From: Clostridia bacterium
GTDB lineage: Bacteria; Bacillota; Clostridia; Christensenellales; UBA1242
DNA: 64,000 nt
Reading direction: 5' to 3'
NCBI GenBank assembly: GCA_045637805.1
Contig: JAZUAE010000001.1
Coordinates: 15,794 to 79,793, forward strand
A program made the translations under genes and the position numbers. Positions 27,773 to 36,661 of the stretch are shown here, piece after piece; positions within the stretch are counted from its first letter, which is position 1; every line of letters begins with the position of its first letter. A model generated the notes under the pieces. The model ran no database searches. It was not told the DNA's origin and saw only the letters and a list, made by a program, of their open reading frames with translations.

Positions 27773-29262
27773 AGGAGTAACCTGCAAGCAATAAAGAAGT
27801 GATAAACATCAAAGAATATAACCAAACCAAGCAATACAAACAATCCTATTGTGTTTATCCAGCCTTCTACCTTTTTATTAATAGGTCTTCCTATAATCCA
27901 CTCTATTAAAACAAACACAACATGGAAACCATCAAGTGCTGGTATAGGAAGAGCATTCATCACCGCCAAATTCATTGCAAGTAATGGGAATAATAGTAAA
28001 AATTGAGAAATGCTGTGAGACTCAAAGCTTGCCTGAGAAATATCCGCCATTTGTGATATTGCTGTAATTGTACCACCCATATCAGAAAGTTTAGTTGCAC
28101 CAGTGAATAATCCACCTAGAGTAGATATGATCAATCCACAAATATAGAAAGAAAATGGCCAAGCCTGAACGCAAGCATCAAAAAAACCATAATTTGTATG
28201 CTCATATCCAAGTATTAACCCCAGAGAAGTCCCCTCTTTGGCAAGTGTAATACCTGCAATATTTTTAAGTTCATCAACAGTATAAGGTCTATATACTAAA
28301 GTTATCTCTGCTGCAGAAACAAGTTCTTCAATAGTATATTTGTTTTGACCAGTGGTGTCTTTATAATATTCTTTTTCAGTGGTCCAAGCAATGTATTCAT
28401 CACCATCACCCTTCACAACCTTAAACGATTCTACGTCCGCTTTAAAATCTTCGAAGGCAATTTCTTCACCATCTTTGGTATAAAGCTCAAACCCTGTATT
28501 TTTCTTAGGAGAATAAATTCGTATATTTGTATAATAAGTTTGATCTGGTGCCCAAGAAGTATAGTTTCCTTTATCGTCTTTTTTTACATCAAAATTTAAA
28601 ACTTGATTTTTAAATCCTTCAAGATTAACTATTTTATCACCAGACTCTGTATACAAAGTGTATCCTGTTTCTTTTGCTACAAAATAAAAGTCCTTATGCT
28701 TGTAATTTTTAACAGTTTCTTCAATAATTTGACCATTTCTATTTATTGTTAAAACAATTTCCTCACCTGCAGCTATTTTACCTGTCATATCTTGTAAGGT
28801 GCGATGAATTTCAACATCTTTTCCATTAACTTGCTGAATTATATCCCCCTTCTGCAAGTTTACATTCACATTATCTGGTGCAAAATCTGCAACTTTAGGT
28901 AAAAAATAACCATTTACAAGTAGAAAAATCACACTCATTAATATTCCAAACATAAAGTTGAAAATTACGCCTGATAAAAGCACAATTATTCTCTTCCATG
29001 GTTTTTGATTATTAAAAGCTCCTGGGTGTGGATTTTCCTCGTCTTCACCTTCAAAGGCACAAAAACCACCAAGTGGTAAAATTCTTATTGAAAATACTTC
29101 ACCATTTTTATTTGTTCGTTTGTAAATAGCCTTACCAAAGCCTATGGCAAACTCATTTATTTTAAATCCAAAAATTTTACCAGCAATAAAGTGTCCCAGT
29201 TCATGAACTGTGATTAAAACCAAAAGTATTAAAAGAGCTAGTAAAATGTATAAAATAGTCAT
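27769..29262 (-). CDS. rseP: RIP metalloprotease RseP/RasP (peptidase M50) with an expanded extracytoplasmic region
   Basis: 497 aa. HELGHF in TM1, a PDZ-like GDIIQQVNGKDV block, and NALPIPALDG near the C-terminus. Confidence 0.9.
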   Translation of the reverse strand: MTILYILLALLILLVLITVHELGHFIAGKIFGFKINEFAIGFGKAIYKRTNKNGEVFSIRILPLGGFCAFEGEDEENPHPGAFNNQKPWKRIIVLLSGVIFNFMFGILMSVIFLLVNGYFLPKVADFAPDNVNVNLQKGDIIQQVNGKDVEIHRTLQDMTGKIAAGEEIVLTINRNGQIIEETVKNYKHKDFYFVAKETGYTLYTESGDKIVNLEGFKNQVLNFDVKKDDKGNYTSWAPDQTYYTNIRIYSPKKNTGFELYTKDGEEIAFEDFKADVESFKVVKGDGDEYIAWTTEKEYYKDTTGQNKYTIEELVSAAEITLVYRPYTVDELKNIAGITLAKEGTSLGLILGYEHTNYGFFDACVQAWPFSFYICGLIISTLGGLFTGATKLSDMGGTITAISQMADISQASFESHSISQFLLLFPLLAMNLAVMNALPIPALDGFHVVFVLIEWIIGRPINKKVEGWINTIGLFVLLGLVIFFDVYHFFIACRLLL

Positions 29263-29300
29263 ATATTTCCTTAAATTATATTAAAATTTTTACCAAAAAA

Positions 29301-30212
29301 TTACAAAAACAACACAAATACTAAGTATACAAGAGCAACATTAAACATAAGTCCGTCCATTCTGTCCATAAATCCGCCGTGACCAGGAAAGATCGAACCA
29401 AAGTCTTTAATTCCAACTTTTCTTTTTATGGCAGATGCCACTAAATCACCCATTTGTGTTAAAAGAGAGCCAAAAATGCCGATTACAGCAAACATTAAAA
29501 TAGCTTTCCATAATGGAATAAGAACTAAACTGCTTGCAAACAACCCTTCAAAGTAAAAAAGCCAAAGGGCAAGTCCCGCTCCAACAATTCCACCAACAAA
29601 ACCAAAAATCATACCTGCTACACTCTTTTTTGGTGAAATTTCAGGTGCCATTCTAGTTCCTTTAATAATTGATCCAAAAAGGTAAGCAAACACATCAGTA
29701 AACATTGTTACTGCAAACACTAAAATAATTCCAACATATCCCACTTCGTGCCCTAAATGATTTATACCAAAGAAAAAGCCAAGTAATGTTGTTGGATATA
29801 TTAAAATTGAAATTGTGTCACGCGTTTCATTTAATAGAGATGCGTTTAAAAGTTTTTCATCTTTTTCAATTTCACCATTGCGTCTTTTCATTGTATTAAT
29901 AATTAATTCCTTAACCATGCTAGCAGCAAAAGCTAAGAGTAATGCTAATAAAACAAACATCAACTCTTTTCCTGCCAAAGATGATGATGGGATAAATGCA
30001 AAAATTGCAAAAAGTGCTAGTGGATAAATAAGCGCTAGAATCTTCGATGATTTTCTATTATATAAATCAAGTGAGAGATTCATCTCTATTAAACAGCCAT
30101 AAATAATTATCAATGCAAATGCATCAAAGAAGAATGGAGAAACCTCTCTAAGTGCGATAAAACCTGCACAAAGTAAAACAATAACAAGACCTGTAATAGT
30201 TCTTTTTAACAT
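29301..30212 (-). CDS. cdsA: phosphatidate cytidylyltransferase
   Basis: The SAIKRKVGIKDFGSIFPGHGGFMDRMD signature is present. Confidence 0.93.
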   Translation of the reverse strand: MLKRTITGLVIVLLCAGFIALREVSPFFFDAFALIIIYGCLIEMNLSLDLYNRKSSKILALIYPLALFAIFAFIPSSSLAGKELMFVLLALLLAFAASMVKELIINTMKRRNGEIEKDEKLLNASLLNETRDTISILIYPTTLLGFFFGINHLGHEVGYVGIILVFAVTMFTDVFAYLFGSIIKGTRMAPEISPKKSVAGMIFGFVGGIVGAGLALWLFYFEGLFASSLVLIPLWKAILMFAVIGIFGSLLTQMGDLVASAIKRKVGIKDFGSIFPGHGGFMDRMDGLMFNVALVYLVFVLFL

Positions 30213-30221
30213 ATATCCTCC

Positions 30222-30947
30222 TTAGATTTTACCATATCTACGATTGCGTTGTTGATATGCAATTACACATTCATCAACGGTTTCAGCATCAAAATCTGGC
30301 CAGTGGGTTTTAGGAAAATAAAATTCACTGTAAGCAGCTTGGAAAAGCATAAAGTTAGAAAGTCTCTGCTCACCACTTGCTCTAACAATCAAATCTGGAT
30401 CAGGAAGACCTGCAGTATAGAGATAATTTGCTAGGGTTTTTTCGTCAACCTCTTTTACTCCATCTGCTATTAATTTATTTATTGCATCACAAAGTTCATG
30501 GCGCGCACCATATCCAAACCCAAAGTTAAAAATAAGTTTGTCACAGTTTTTTGTCTTTTCTTGGAGGTCGGTTAAAATTTTCTGCATATCTTCTGGAAAA
30601 AGAGTTATATCTCCCATTAAACGAACTTTATAACCTTTTTCTATAAATTTATCAACTTTATCGCCATATTTTCTAAATAGGTTAAAAATATATTCAACCT
30701 CATCTTTTGGTCTAGCAAAGTTTTCAGTTGAAAAACAATAGAAAGATGCGACTTTGATTCCAAGTTCTGCACAACGATCAAGCACACGTCTAATCGCTTT
30801 ATCACCCTCTTTATGACCTTCAAAGCGAGGGAGTCCACGTTTTTTAGCCCATCTACCATTACCGTCAGCAATAAAGGCAACGTGTTTTGGAATATTATTC
30901 ATGTCAATTTCATGTTTTTCAGTTTTTTTCTTTTTAAATAAGCACAT
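30222..30947 (-). CDS. uppS: isoprenyl transferase (undecaprenyl diphosphate synthase)
   Basis: HVAFIADGNGRWA, FSTENF.RP and RASGE.RLSNF motifs. Confidence 0.95.
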   Translation of the reverse strand: MCLFKKKKTEKHEIDMNNIPKHVAFIADGNGRWAKKRGLPRFEGHKEGDKAIRRVLDRCAELGIKVASFYCFSTENFARPKDEVEYIFNLFRKYGDKVDKFIEKGYKVRLMGDITLFPEDMQKILTDLQEKTKNCDKLIFNFGFGYGARHELCDAINKLIADGVKEVDEKTLANYLYTAGLPDPDLIVRASGEQRLSNFMLFQAAYSEFYFPKTHWPDFDAETVDECVIAYQQRNRRYGKI

Positions 30948-30986
30948 ATTCTGCTCCTAATTAATGTTAGTAATAGATAGCAGATA

Positions 30987-31562
30987 TTATACCTGCATAA
31001 TTTCTTTTTCTTTATTATCCATAATAGCGTCAATATTTACAATAGTTGCATCTAAAGTCTTTTGAATATCCTTCTCGTAACCCGCCATCATATCATCAGT
31101 AACAGTGCCATCTTTCTTCATTGCTTTTAAAGAATCAAGACAATCTCTACGCGCATTTCTGCAAGTAACTTTTGCATTTTCAGCAATACGCTTTGTTTCT
31201 TTAACAAGTTCGCGGCGTCTTTCCTCTGTTAATTGTGGGAAAGTAAGGCGAATAACTCTACCATCATCAGTTGGCATAATACCTATATCAGATTCAGAGA
31301 TTGCTTTTCTAATATTTTTTATTAAACTTGCGTCCCACGGAGAAATAACAAGACATCTACCTTCTTGTACAGACACATTTGACATATGTGGAATAGGTGT
31401 TGGCGTTCCATAATAGTCTACTAACACTTTATCAAGTATTCTTGGATTAGCACGTCCTGCACGAATACCATCAAGCTCACCCTTAAAGAAAGTGACACCC
31501 TTTTCTAATTCTTCTTCAAACTCCATAAAAATCATTTGAATTTCTTCTTCAATTTCAGCCAT
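30987..31562 (-). CDS. frr: ribosome recycling factor
   Basis: 191 aa. IRAGRANP.ILD...V.YYG and LTEERRRELVK blocks. Confidence 0.95.
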   Translation of the reverse strand: MAEIEEEIQMIFMEFEEELEKGVTFFKGELDGIRAGRANPRILDKVLVDYYGTPTPIPHMSNVSVQEGRCLVISPWDASLIKNIRKAISESDIGIMPTDDGRVIRLTFPQLTEERRRELVKETKRIAENAKVTCRNARRDCLDSLKAMKKDGTVTDDMMAGYEKDIQKTLDATIVNIDAIMDNKEKEIMQV

Positions 31563-31593
31563 AAAAGCTCCTTTACATAAATTATATAAGTAT

Positions 31594-31623
31594 ATAATAC
31601 ATTAAGTAGCATTAAAGTTGCAA
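31594..31623 (-). promoter_or_regulatory. sigma-A-type promoter upstream of frr
   Basis: The minus strand reads TTGCAA-N18-TATTAT, between the tsf terminator and the frr SD (AAAGGAG). Confidence 0.45.
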
Positions 31624-31651
31624 CTAAAATTAATCGAAAAATTTTAAGCAC

Positions 31652-31678
31652 AAAAAAACGCGGATAAAATTCCGCGTT
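31652..31678 (-). terminator. rho-independent terminator after tsf
   Basis: The minus strand reads ACGCGGA-ATTTTA-TCCGCGT-TTTTTTG. Confidence 0.8.
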
Positions 31679-31688
31679 ATTGATTAAT

Positions 31689-32339
31689 TTAGTTAGCAGA
31701 TTGACGAGCAACCTCTTCAACAAAATCATCTTTTCTCTTTTCTAAGCCTTCACCCATTTCGAAACGTACGAATCTACGGATAGAAATTTTCTCACCGATT
31801 TTGATTGTAGCTTCACTGATAAGAGCGTTGATTGTTTTGCTTGGATCTTTAACAAATTCTTGTTCAAGTAAGCAAACTTCTTTGTAGTATTTTTTAATTC
31901 TACCTTCAACCATCTTTTCAGCAACAGCTTCTGGCTTACCTTCGTTAAGAGCTTGAGCTTTAAGGATTTCTTTTTCTTTTTCAATATCCTCAGCTTTAAC
32001 TTCTTCAACAGATACTACGCTTGGATTTGCAGCAGCAATGTGAAGAGCTACATCATGTCCAAGTTCTTGGAATGCAGGGCTTTTTGCAACGAAGTCTGTT
32101 TCACAGTTGATCTCTAAAAGAACACCAATCTTTCCACCCATATGAATGTAAGAGAATACAGCGCCTTCAGCAGCAACTCTGCTAGCCTTTTTAGCAGCAG
32201 CAGCTTTACCCTTTTCACGGAGCATATCAACAGCTTTGCTCATATCACCATTACAATCTGTAAGGGCTTTTTTACAATCAAGCATACCTGCTCCAGTTTT
32301 TTCTCTAAGCTCTACTACGTCTTTTGCAGTAAATTCCAT
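31689..32339 (-). CDS. tsf: elongation factor Ts (short form)
   Basis: 216 aa. [17 protein letters not shown]-terminal UBA-like motif, downstream of rpsB. Confidence 0.95.
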   Translation of the reverse strand: MEFTAKDVVELREKTGAGMLDCKKALTDCNGDMSKAVDMLREKGKAAAAKKASRVAAEGAVFSYIHMGGKIGVLLEINCETDFVAKSPAFQELGHDVALHIAAANPSVVSVEEVKAEDIEKEKEILKAQALNEGKPEAVAEKMVEGRIKKYYKEVCLLEQEFVKDPSKTINALISEATIKIGEKISIRRFVRFEMGEGLEKRKDDFVEEVARQSAN

Positions 32340-32359
32340 ATAATTTCTCCTTGAATTAA

Positions 32360-33253
32360 TTATTCTTGTTCTTCACTTTCAGTCTTAGTTTTTGGTGCAA
32401 TCTTTTTTGCTTTCTTAACTACTTCTTTAACTTCTGCTACTGGCTCAGTATCTTCAGCTTTAACTTCTTCAACTGCTACAGTTTCAACAGTTTCTTCAGC
32501 TTTAGCTTCTTCAACTGCAGGTTCAGCTGCAGCTGCAGCTTCAGCCTCTTTAATCTTAGCTAAGCCTTCTTCACCCTCACGAGCTTCAATACAAGCATCA
32601 GCCATAGCACCAGCAATAAGTTTAACAGCTCTGATAGCATCGTCATTTCCTGGAATTACATAGTCAACATCATCTGGATCACAGTTAGTGTCAACTAAAC
32701 CAATAATAGGAATGTTGAGTGAACGAGCTTCTCTAACAGCAATGTATTCTTTCTTAGGGTCTACTACAAAAAGAACGCCTGGAAGAGTTCTCATTTCTTT
32801 GATACCACCAAGGTTAGCTTCAAGCTTATCACGCTCAGCGATTAAGTTTGCAACTTCTTTCTTTGGAAGAAGATCGAACTCACCATTTGTTTCCATTTGG
32901 TTAAGTTTTGCAAGTCTATCAACTCTTGAACGGATAGTTTTGAAGTTTGTAAGCGTACCACCGAGCCAACGGTTGCCCATGTAGAACATTCCGCATCTCT
33001 GTGCTTCTTCAATAACAGCATCTTTAGCTTGCTTTTTTGTACCAACAAAAAGTGCAGATTTACCAGATTCAACGATTGATTTCATTGCAGCATAAGCTTC
33101 ATCAATTAAACCAACTGTTGTCTCGAGATCAAGAATATAAATATCATTACGTGCTGTAAAAATATATTTCTTCATCTTTGGATTCCACTTGCGTGTTGGG
33201 TGACCAAAATGAACACCAGCTTCGAGTAATTGTTTCATAGATACTACTGACAT
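32360..33253 (-). CDS. rpsB: 30S ribosomal protein S2 with an acidic Ala/Glu/Val-rich C-terminal extension
   Basis: [10 protein letters not shown]....WNPKM N-terminus and DTNCDPD block. About 65 extra C-terminal residues are rich in A/E/V/K. Confidence 0.96.
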   Translation of the reverse strand: MSVVSMKQLLEAGVHFGHPTRKWNPKMKKYIFTARNDIYILDLETTVGLIDEAYAAMKSIVESGKSALFVGTKKQAKDAVIEEAQRCGMFYMGNRWLGGTLTNFKTIRSRVDRLAKLNQMETNGEFDLLPKKEVANLIAERDKLEANLGGIKEMRTLPGVLFVVDPKKEYIAVREARSLNIPIIGLVDTNCDPDDVDYVIPGNDDAIRAVKLIAGAMADACIEAREGEEGLAKIKEAEAAAAAEPAVEEAKAEETVETVAVEEVKAEDTEPVAEVKEVVKKAKKIAPKTKTESEEQE

Positions 33254-33351
33254 ACTTTTTCCCTCCTAGTTTATTTCCTCCTTGGTTTCATCTAGGTTTA
33301 TAACCAAATTTTGGCACTAGTAAACCTATCCACCAAGTGTGTGATGCAAGT

Positions 33352-33380
33352 AATATAACATAGTGTGCAAAAAATTGCAA
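33352..33380 (-). promoter_or_regulatory. sigma-A-type promoter of rpsB-tsf
   Basis: The minus strand reads TTGCAA-N17-TATATT, giving a ~90-nt leader. Confidence 0.6.
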
Positions 33381-33411
33381 GTAAGTTTAATAAATTTTAT
33401 TTATAAATAAT

Positions 33412-33442
33412 AAAAAAACTAGATGCCTAGCACCTAGTTTTT
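33412..33442 (-). terminator. rho-independent terminator after the DUF1292 gene
   Basis: The minus strand reads AAAAACTAGGTGC-TAG-GCATCTAGTTTTTTT. Confidence 0.75.
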
Positions 33443-33446
33443 ATTT

Positions 33447-33785
33447 TTAGTTACCTTGAGTTTCAGATTCGTCAATCAATTTGTTATATTCAACAAATAC
33501 TGCATCAATAATTGAATCATCAAGTTCAATTTCAAACTTATCTTCTCCATCTTTACCACGAGTAACTTTAAAGATTAAAGCTTCATCTTCATCCATTCCT
33601 TCAATCAAATTGACAGGTTGTAAAATTGCATAGAAATTGCCACGATACGCAATACCAGCAACCTCAATAAAGTCAACTTCCTCACCATTATCAGTTACAA
33701 GAGTAATAACATCGTCATCATCGTTAATCATATGATCTATAGAATCTGGAGTTTCTTCATTTATCATTTTGTTTTCTTCGTTCAT
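33447..33785 (-). CDS. DUF1292 family protein
   Basis: 112 aa and acidic. The pattern ITLVTDNGEEVDFIEVA.I...G..YAIL.P.........EALIFKV is typical of YrzB/DUF1292. It has its own promoter-like element and terminator. Confidence 0.7.
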   Translation of the reverse strand: MNEENKMINEETPDSIDHMINDDDDVITLVTDNGEEVDFIEVAGIAYRGNFYAILQPVNLIEGMDEDEALIFKVTRGKDGEDKFEIELDDSIIDAVFVEYNKLIDESETQGN

Positions 33786-33807
33786 AATTTACACCTTCCT
33801 TAACTTT

Positions 33808-33836
33808 ATTATAAACAAAAAATAATAGTTTGACAA
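33808..33836 (-). promoter_or_regulatory. sigma-A-type promoter upstream of the DUF1292 gene
   Basis: The minus strand reads TTGTCA-N17-TATAAT, followed by SD AAGGAAGGTG. Confidence 0.5.
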
Positions 33837-33849
33837 ACAATTTACGTCT

Positions 33850-34191
33850 TTATTCTTTATTTTTTAAATTTGCTGACATCTCTTCTTCATCCATAGTCTC
33901 ATTATAAGCGTCAACAACTTCATTCATTAAATCGATGTCTGGAATAAAATCAATTTGAACTAATTCACTATTTTTCGGGTCAATATTGTATGTAATTTTA
34001 AAAAGAACCACCTCGTTTTCTCCCATAATTGACTTGTCAATATATTTTGGTCTAGCCAAACACCAAGCCCAATCCTTTGATTCTTCATATATTAATGTGT
34101 TAAAAACAAATGCGTAAATCTCACCTTTTTTGCCTGGTACTGAAAATTCTCCAAATGTTTCTACAACTTGTTTGCTTGTAAATTTTTTCAT
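33850..34191 (-). CDS. hypothetical protein (possibly a divergent DUF1292-like protein)
   Basis: 113-aa ORF in the ruvX-DUF1292 neighbourhood. The block EVVLFKITYNID......LVQIDFIPD resembles DUF1292 only loosely. The SD is weak. Confidence 0.4.
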   Translation of the reverse strand: MKKFTSKQVVETFGEFSVPGKKGEIYAFVFNTLIYEESKDWAWCLARPKYIDKSIMGENEVVLFKITYNIDPKNSELVQIDFIPDIDLMNEVVDAYNETMDEEEMSANLKNKE

Positions 34192-34199
34192 ATTTCTAC

Positions 34200-34616
34200 C
34201 TAATCCTTTTTTGGTTTATCTAAATATGCTTGAAGAATTATAGTTGCAGCGATTCTATCAATAACATTCTTTCTATCTTTTCTTCGCATATCTGCTTCTA
34301 ATAGGATACGCTCAGCCGAAACAGTTGTCAACCTTTCGTCTTGAAAATATATAGGTAATTTTGTATACTTTTCGAGTTCTGCGGCAAATTCTCGTACCAT
34401 TTGAACGCTCTGTCCTTCAGTTCCGTCCATCTTTAATGGAAGTCCTAAAACAAAGCCATCTGCTTCAAGTTTTTGCGCTAGGTCTGACATATATTTAGCA
34501 TCTGCTGTTAAATTTTTCCTCGTATACACTTGATATGCACTGGCAATAATGCCAAGAATATCTGAAGTTGCAACTCCTATTCTTACTGTACCTATATCTA
34601 GACCAATCTTCTTCAT
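34200..34616 (-). CDS. ruvX: putative pre-16S rRNA nuclease / Holliday junction resolvase-like YqgF
   Basis: 138 aa. GLDIGTVRIGVA N-terminus, ...DERLTT..A block, and AA.IL(Q/E).(Y/F)L near the C-terminus. Confidence 0.9.
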   Translation of the reverse strand: MKKIGLDIGTVRIGVATSDILGIIASAYQVYTRKNLTADAKYMSDLAQKLEADGFVLGLPLKMDGTEGQSVQMVREFAAELEKYTKLPIYFQDERLTTVSAERILLEADMRRKDRKNVIDRIAATIILQAYLDKPKKD

Positions 34617-34675
34617 AAGTTCTCCTCAGTCTCAGGATATCAAAATTGAAAAAATTTGTCTACTATTTTAATCTC

Positions 34676-34891
34676 TTACTTTTTTAATTTTTTTGCAACG
34701 TTATCGATTTTATCTGCAGTTTCTTCCATTTTATCTGCAGCACTTTCTTTGATTTCTTCAATTTTTTGTTCAGCCATATTTTTACCCTTTTGAAGAGTCT
34801 TCTCAACTTTTTTGTTGGTGATTACTATTATGCCACCAACGACTACGCCGACTAAAAATGAAGTGATACTACACTTAATACATTCGCACAT
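34676..34891 (-). CDS. small membrane-anchored protein (YtxH-like: one TM segment plus a charged helix)
   Basis: 71 aa. A strong SD GGGAGGTG lies 6 nt upstream of the ATG. Hydrophobic FLVGVVVGGIIVI segment, then a K/E-rich helix. Confidence 0.55.
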   Translation of the reverse strand: MCECIKCSITSFLVGVVVGGIIVITNKKVEKTLQKGKNMAEQKIEEIKESAADKMEETADKIDNVAKKLKK

Positions 34892-34947
34892 ACTTTTGCA
34901 CCTCCCTTATCTCTAGTATGTCGAAATTTGTCAAAATTATACACAAA

Positions 34948-34970
34948 CAAAAAAGCACCCCTTAGCGCTT
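34948..34970 (-). terminator. weak hairpin plus T-tract after nifU
   Basis: The minus strand reads (TA)AAGCGC-TAAGG-GTGCTT-TTTTG, a 6-bp stem including one G-U pair. Confidence 0.4.
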
Positions 34971-35338
34971 TATTTGTTATTTTTATTATAATCTTCAATC
35001 ATATCTTGTATAGTTGCAACAATCAACTCTGGTATATACATCTTAATTTCAGGAAGTTCACCAGTAAGTGCTAAAATATCTTTTTCAGTAATTTTTGCAG
35101 CTTCACTTAGAGTCTTACCTATAATTTCTCTTGTTGCCATACTTGTTGCAGCAATGGCTGCAGCACAACCGAATGTTTGAAACTTAGCGTCCATAATTCT
35201 ATTATTTTCAACTTTTACAAAGATTTTAACTATTTCACCACAAACATCACTTACAATTTTACCAACAGCACTTGCGCCTTTGATAACACCTACATTGTCT
35301 GGGTTATAAAATTCATTTAAAATATTCTCGTTATACAT
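34970..35338 (-). CDS. nifU: Fe-S cluster assembly scaffold (NifU N-terminal/IscU-type)
   Basis: 122 aa. Conserved Cys-containing blocks (VCGE, FGCAAAIA), directly downstream of nifS. Confidence 0.88.
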   Translation of the reverse strand: MYNENILNEFYNPDNVGVIKGASAVGKIVSDVCGEIVKIFVKVENNRIMDAKFQTFGCAAAIAATSMATREIIGKTLSEAAKITEKDILALTGELPEIKMYIPELIVATIQDMIEDYNKNNK

Positions 35339-35339
35339 A

Positions 35340-36536
35340 CTACAATTCCACCTTATTTTTATAGATTCTTATTGCAGAAATACTACGCAATTTTTTTACA
35401 CATTTTCTAACAGCTTCTGCCACATAATCAACTTCTTCTTTCGTTGTAGACTTACCTATTGTAAATCTAATTGTTGATCTAGCAACATCTTCATCTAATC
35501 CCATTGATGTAAGCACATGTGATGGTGTAAGAGATATTGACGCGCAAGCTGAACTTGTAGAAACAAAAATCCCTTCTTTGTCCAAAAGCAGCACTAAAGC
35601 CTCTCCTTCAACACCCTCAAAAGAAATACTAACATTGTTTGGAATACGCTGAGTTGAATGTCCGTTTAATGCAATATTGTGAATTTTTTCTGAAATAGTT
35701 TTTAAGAAATATCTACGGATAGATTTCATATACTTGATATCTTCTTCAATATTTGAGCAAGCAAGTTCTACGGCTTTGCCCATACCAACACAAGCTGGTA
35801 CATTTACTGTTCCTGCACGTTTACCAAATTCTTGTTCGCCACCATCAATAAGATTGTCAATCTTTACACCTTTTTTTACATAAAGCGCACCAACACCCTT
35901 TGGTCCATATATTTTGTGTGCAGAAATAGACAAAGAATCAATACCTATTTCTTTTACATCTATCGGAATATTTCCGATAGCACTAATAGCGTCCGTGTGG
36001 AAAATTACATCATTCGCCTTAGCAAGCTCAGCGATGGCACGGATAGGTTCAAGTGTTCCAACAATATTATTTGCTGTCATTATAGAAATTAAAATAGTAT
36101 CTGGTCCTATTGATTTTATAATTTCAGCATAATTAACAACACCTTTTTCATCTACAGGAATATAAGTAACTTTAAAACCTTCTTTTTCTAAAGTTTTACA
36201 AGATTCAAGCACTGATGGGTGCTCAATACTGCTAGTAATGATATGGTTTCCCTTATCCTTGTTTGCTTTTGCTAATCCTTTAATTGCCCAATTGTTAGCC
36301 TCAGAGCCGCCAGAAGTAAAATAGATCTCATCAGCGTCTGCACCGATCGCATTAGCAATTTTTTCTCTAGCCTCCATTAAAGCACTGTCCGCCTCAACAC
36401 CAAGAGAATATATACTTGATGTGTTGCCATAATATTTTGTATACGCATCTAACATTTCTCTATAAACTTCACTTGATATAGGTGAAGTTGCTGCATAATC
36501 TAAATAAACCTTCTTTTGTTTTTCCATCTCGTGCAC
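35340..36536 (-). CDS. nifS: cysteine desulfurase (NifS/IscS class)
   Basis: 398 aa. YLDYAATSP N-terminus, PLP-Lys motif SAHKIYGPKG, and active-site SSACAS loop. Confidence 0.93.
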   Translation of the reverse strand: MHEMEKQKKVYLDYAATSPISSEVYREMLDAYTKYYGNTSSIYSLGVEADSALMEAREKIANAIGADADEIYFTSGGSEANNWAIKGLAKANKDKGNHIITSSIEHPSVLESCKTLEKEGFKVTYIPVDEKGVVNYAEIIKSIGPDTILISIMTANNIVGTLEPIRAIAELAKANDVIFHTDAISAIGNIPIDVKEIGIDSLSISAHKIYGPKGVGALYVKKGVKIDNLIDGGEQEFGKRAGTVNVPACVGMGKAVELACSNIEEDIKYMKSIRRYFLKTISEKIHNIALNGHSTQRIPNNVSISFEGVEGEALVLLLDKEGIFVSTSSACASISLTPSHVLTSMGLDEDVARSTIRFTIGKSTTKEEVDYVAEAVRKCVKKLRSISAIRIYKNKVEL

Positions 36537-36550
36537 CTTCCTTTTGTTTA

Positions 36551-36579
36551 ATATTATCAGAAAGGTTATTATTAGTCAA
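36551..36579 (-). promoter_or_regulatory. sigma-A-type promoter of nifS-nifU
   Basis: The minus strand reads TTGACT-N17-TAATAT, followed by SD AAGGAAGGTG. Confidence 0.55.
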
Positions 36580-36661
36580 TACAAGAAAAATAAAAAAATG
36601 CGATTTTTTAGCATTATTTTATAGTTATAACTATAAATATAGCCCAAAAACCGCAATTTTA

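Noticed and set aside
27773-27787. ORF-track TTG start that extends the polC-like ORF by 5 codons.
   Set aside because: The ATG at 27772 forms a classic ATGA stop/start overlap with rseP, so I prefer the ATG. This has little effect on interpretation.
31532-31729. A 65-aa ORF bridging the tsf-frr spacer, considered as a possible pyrH remnant.
   Set aside because: It runs through the tsf terminator hairpin and the frr promoter, overlaps both neighbouring genes, and has no UMP-kinase-like motif.
31742-32008. Same-strand alternative-frame ORFs inside known genes. Examples are the K/L-rich 88 aa in tsf, and others at 30641-30880 (uppS), 32842-33072 (rpsB), 41731-41955 and 42193-42375 (topA), 49367-49573 (trmD), 53573-53761 (smc), and 22814-23002 and 23399-23593 (infB).
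   Set aside because: They are frame-shifted readings of conserved genes with low-complexity products. There is no independent evidence of overlapping coding.
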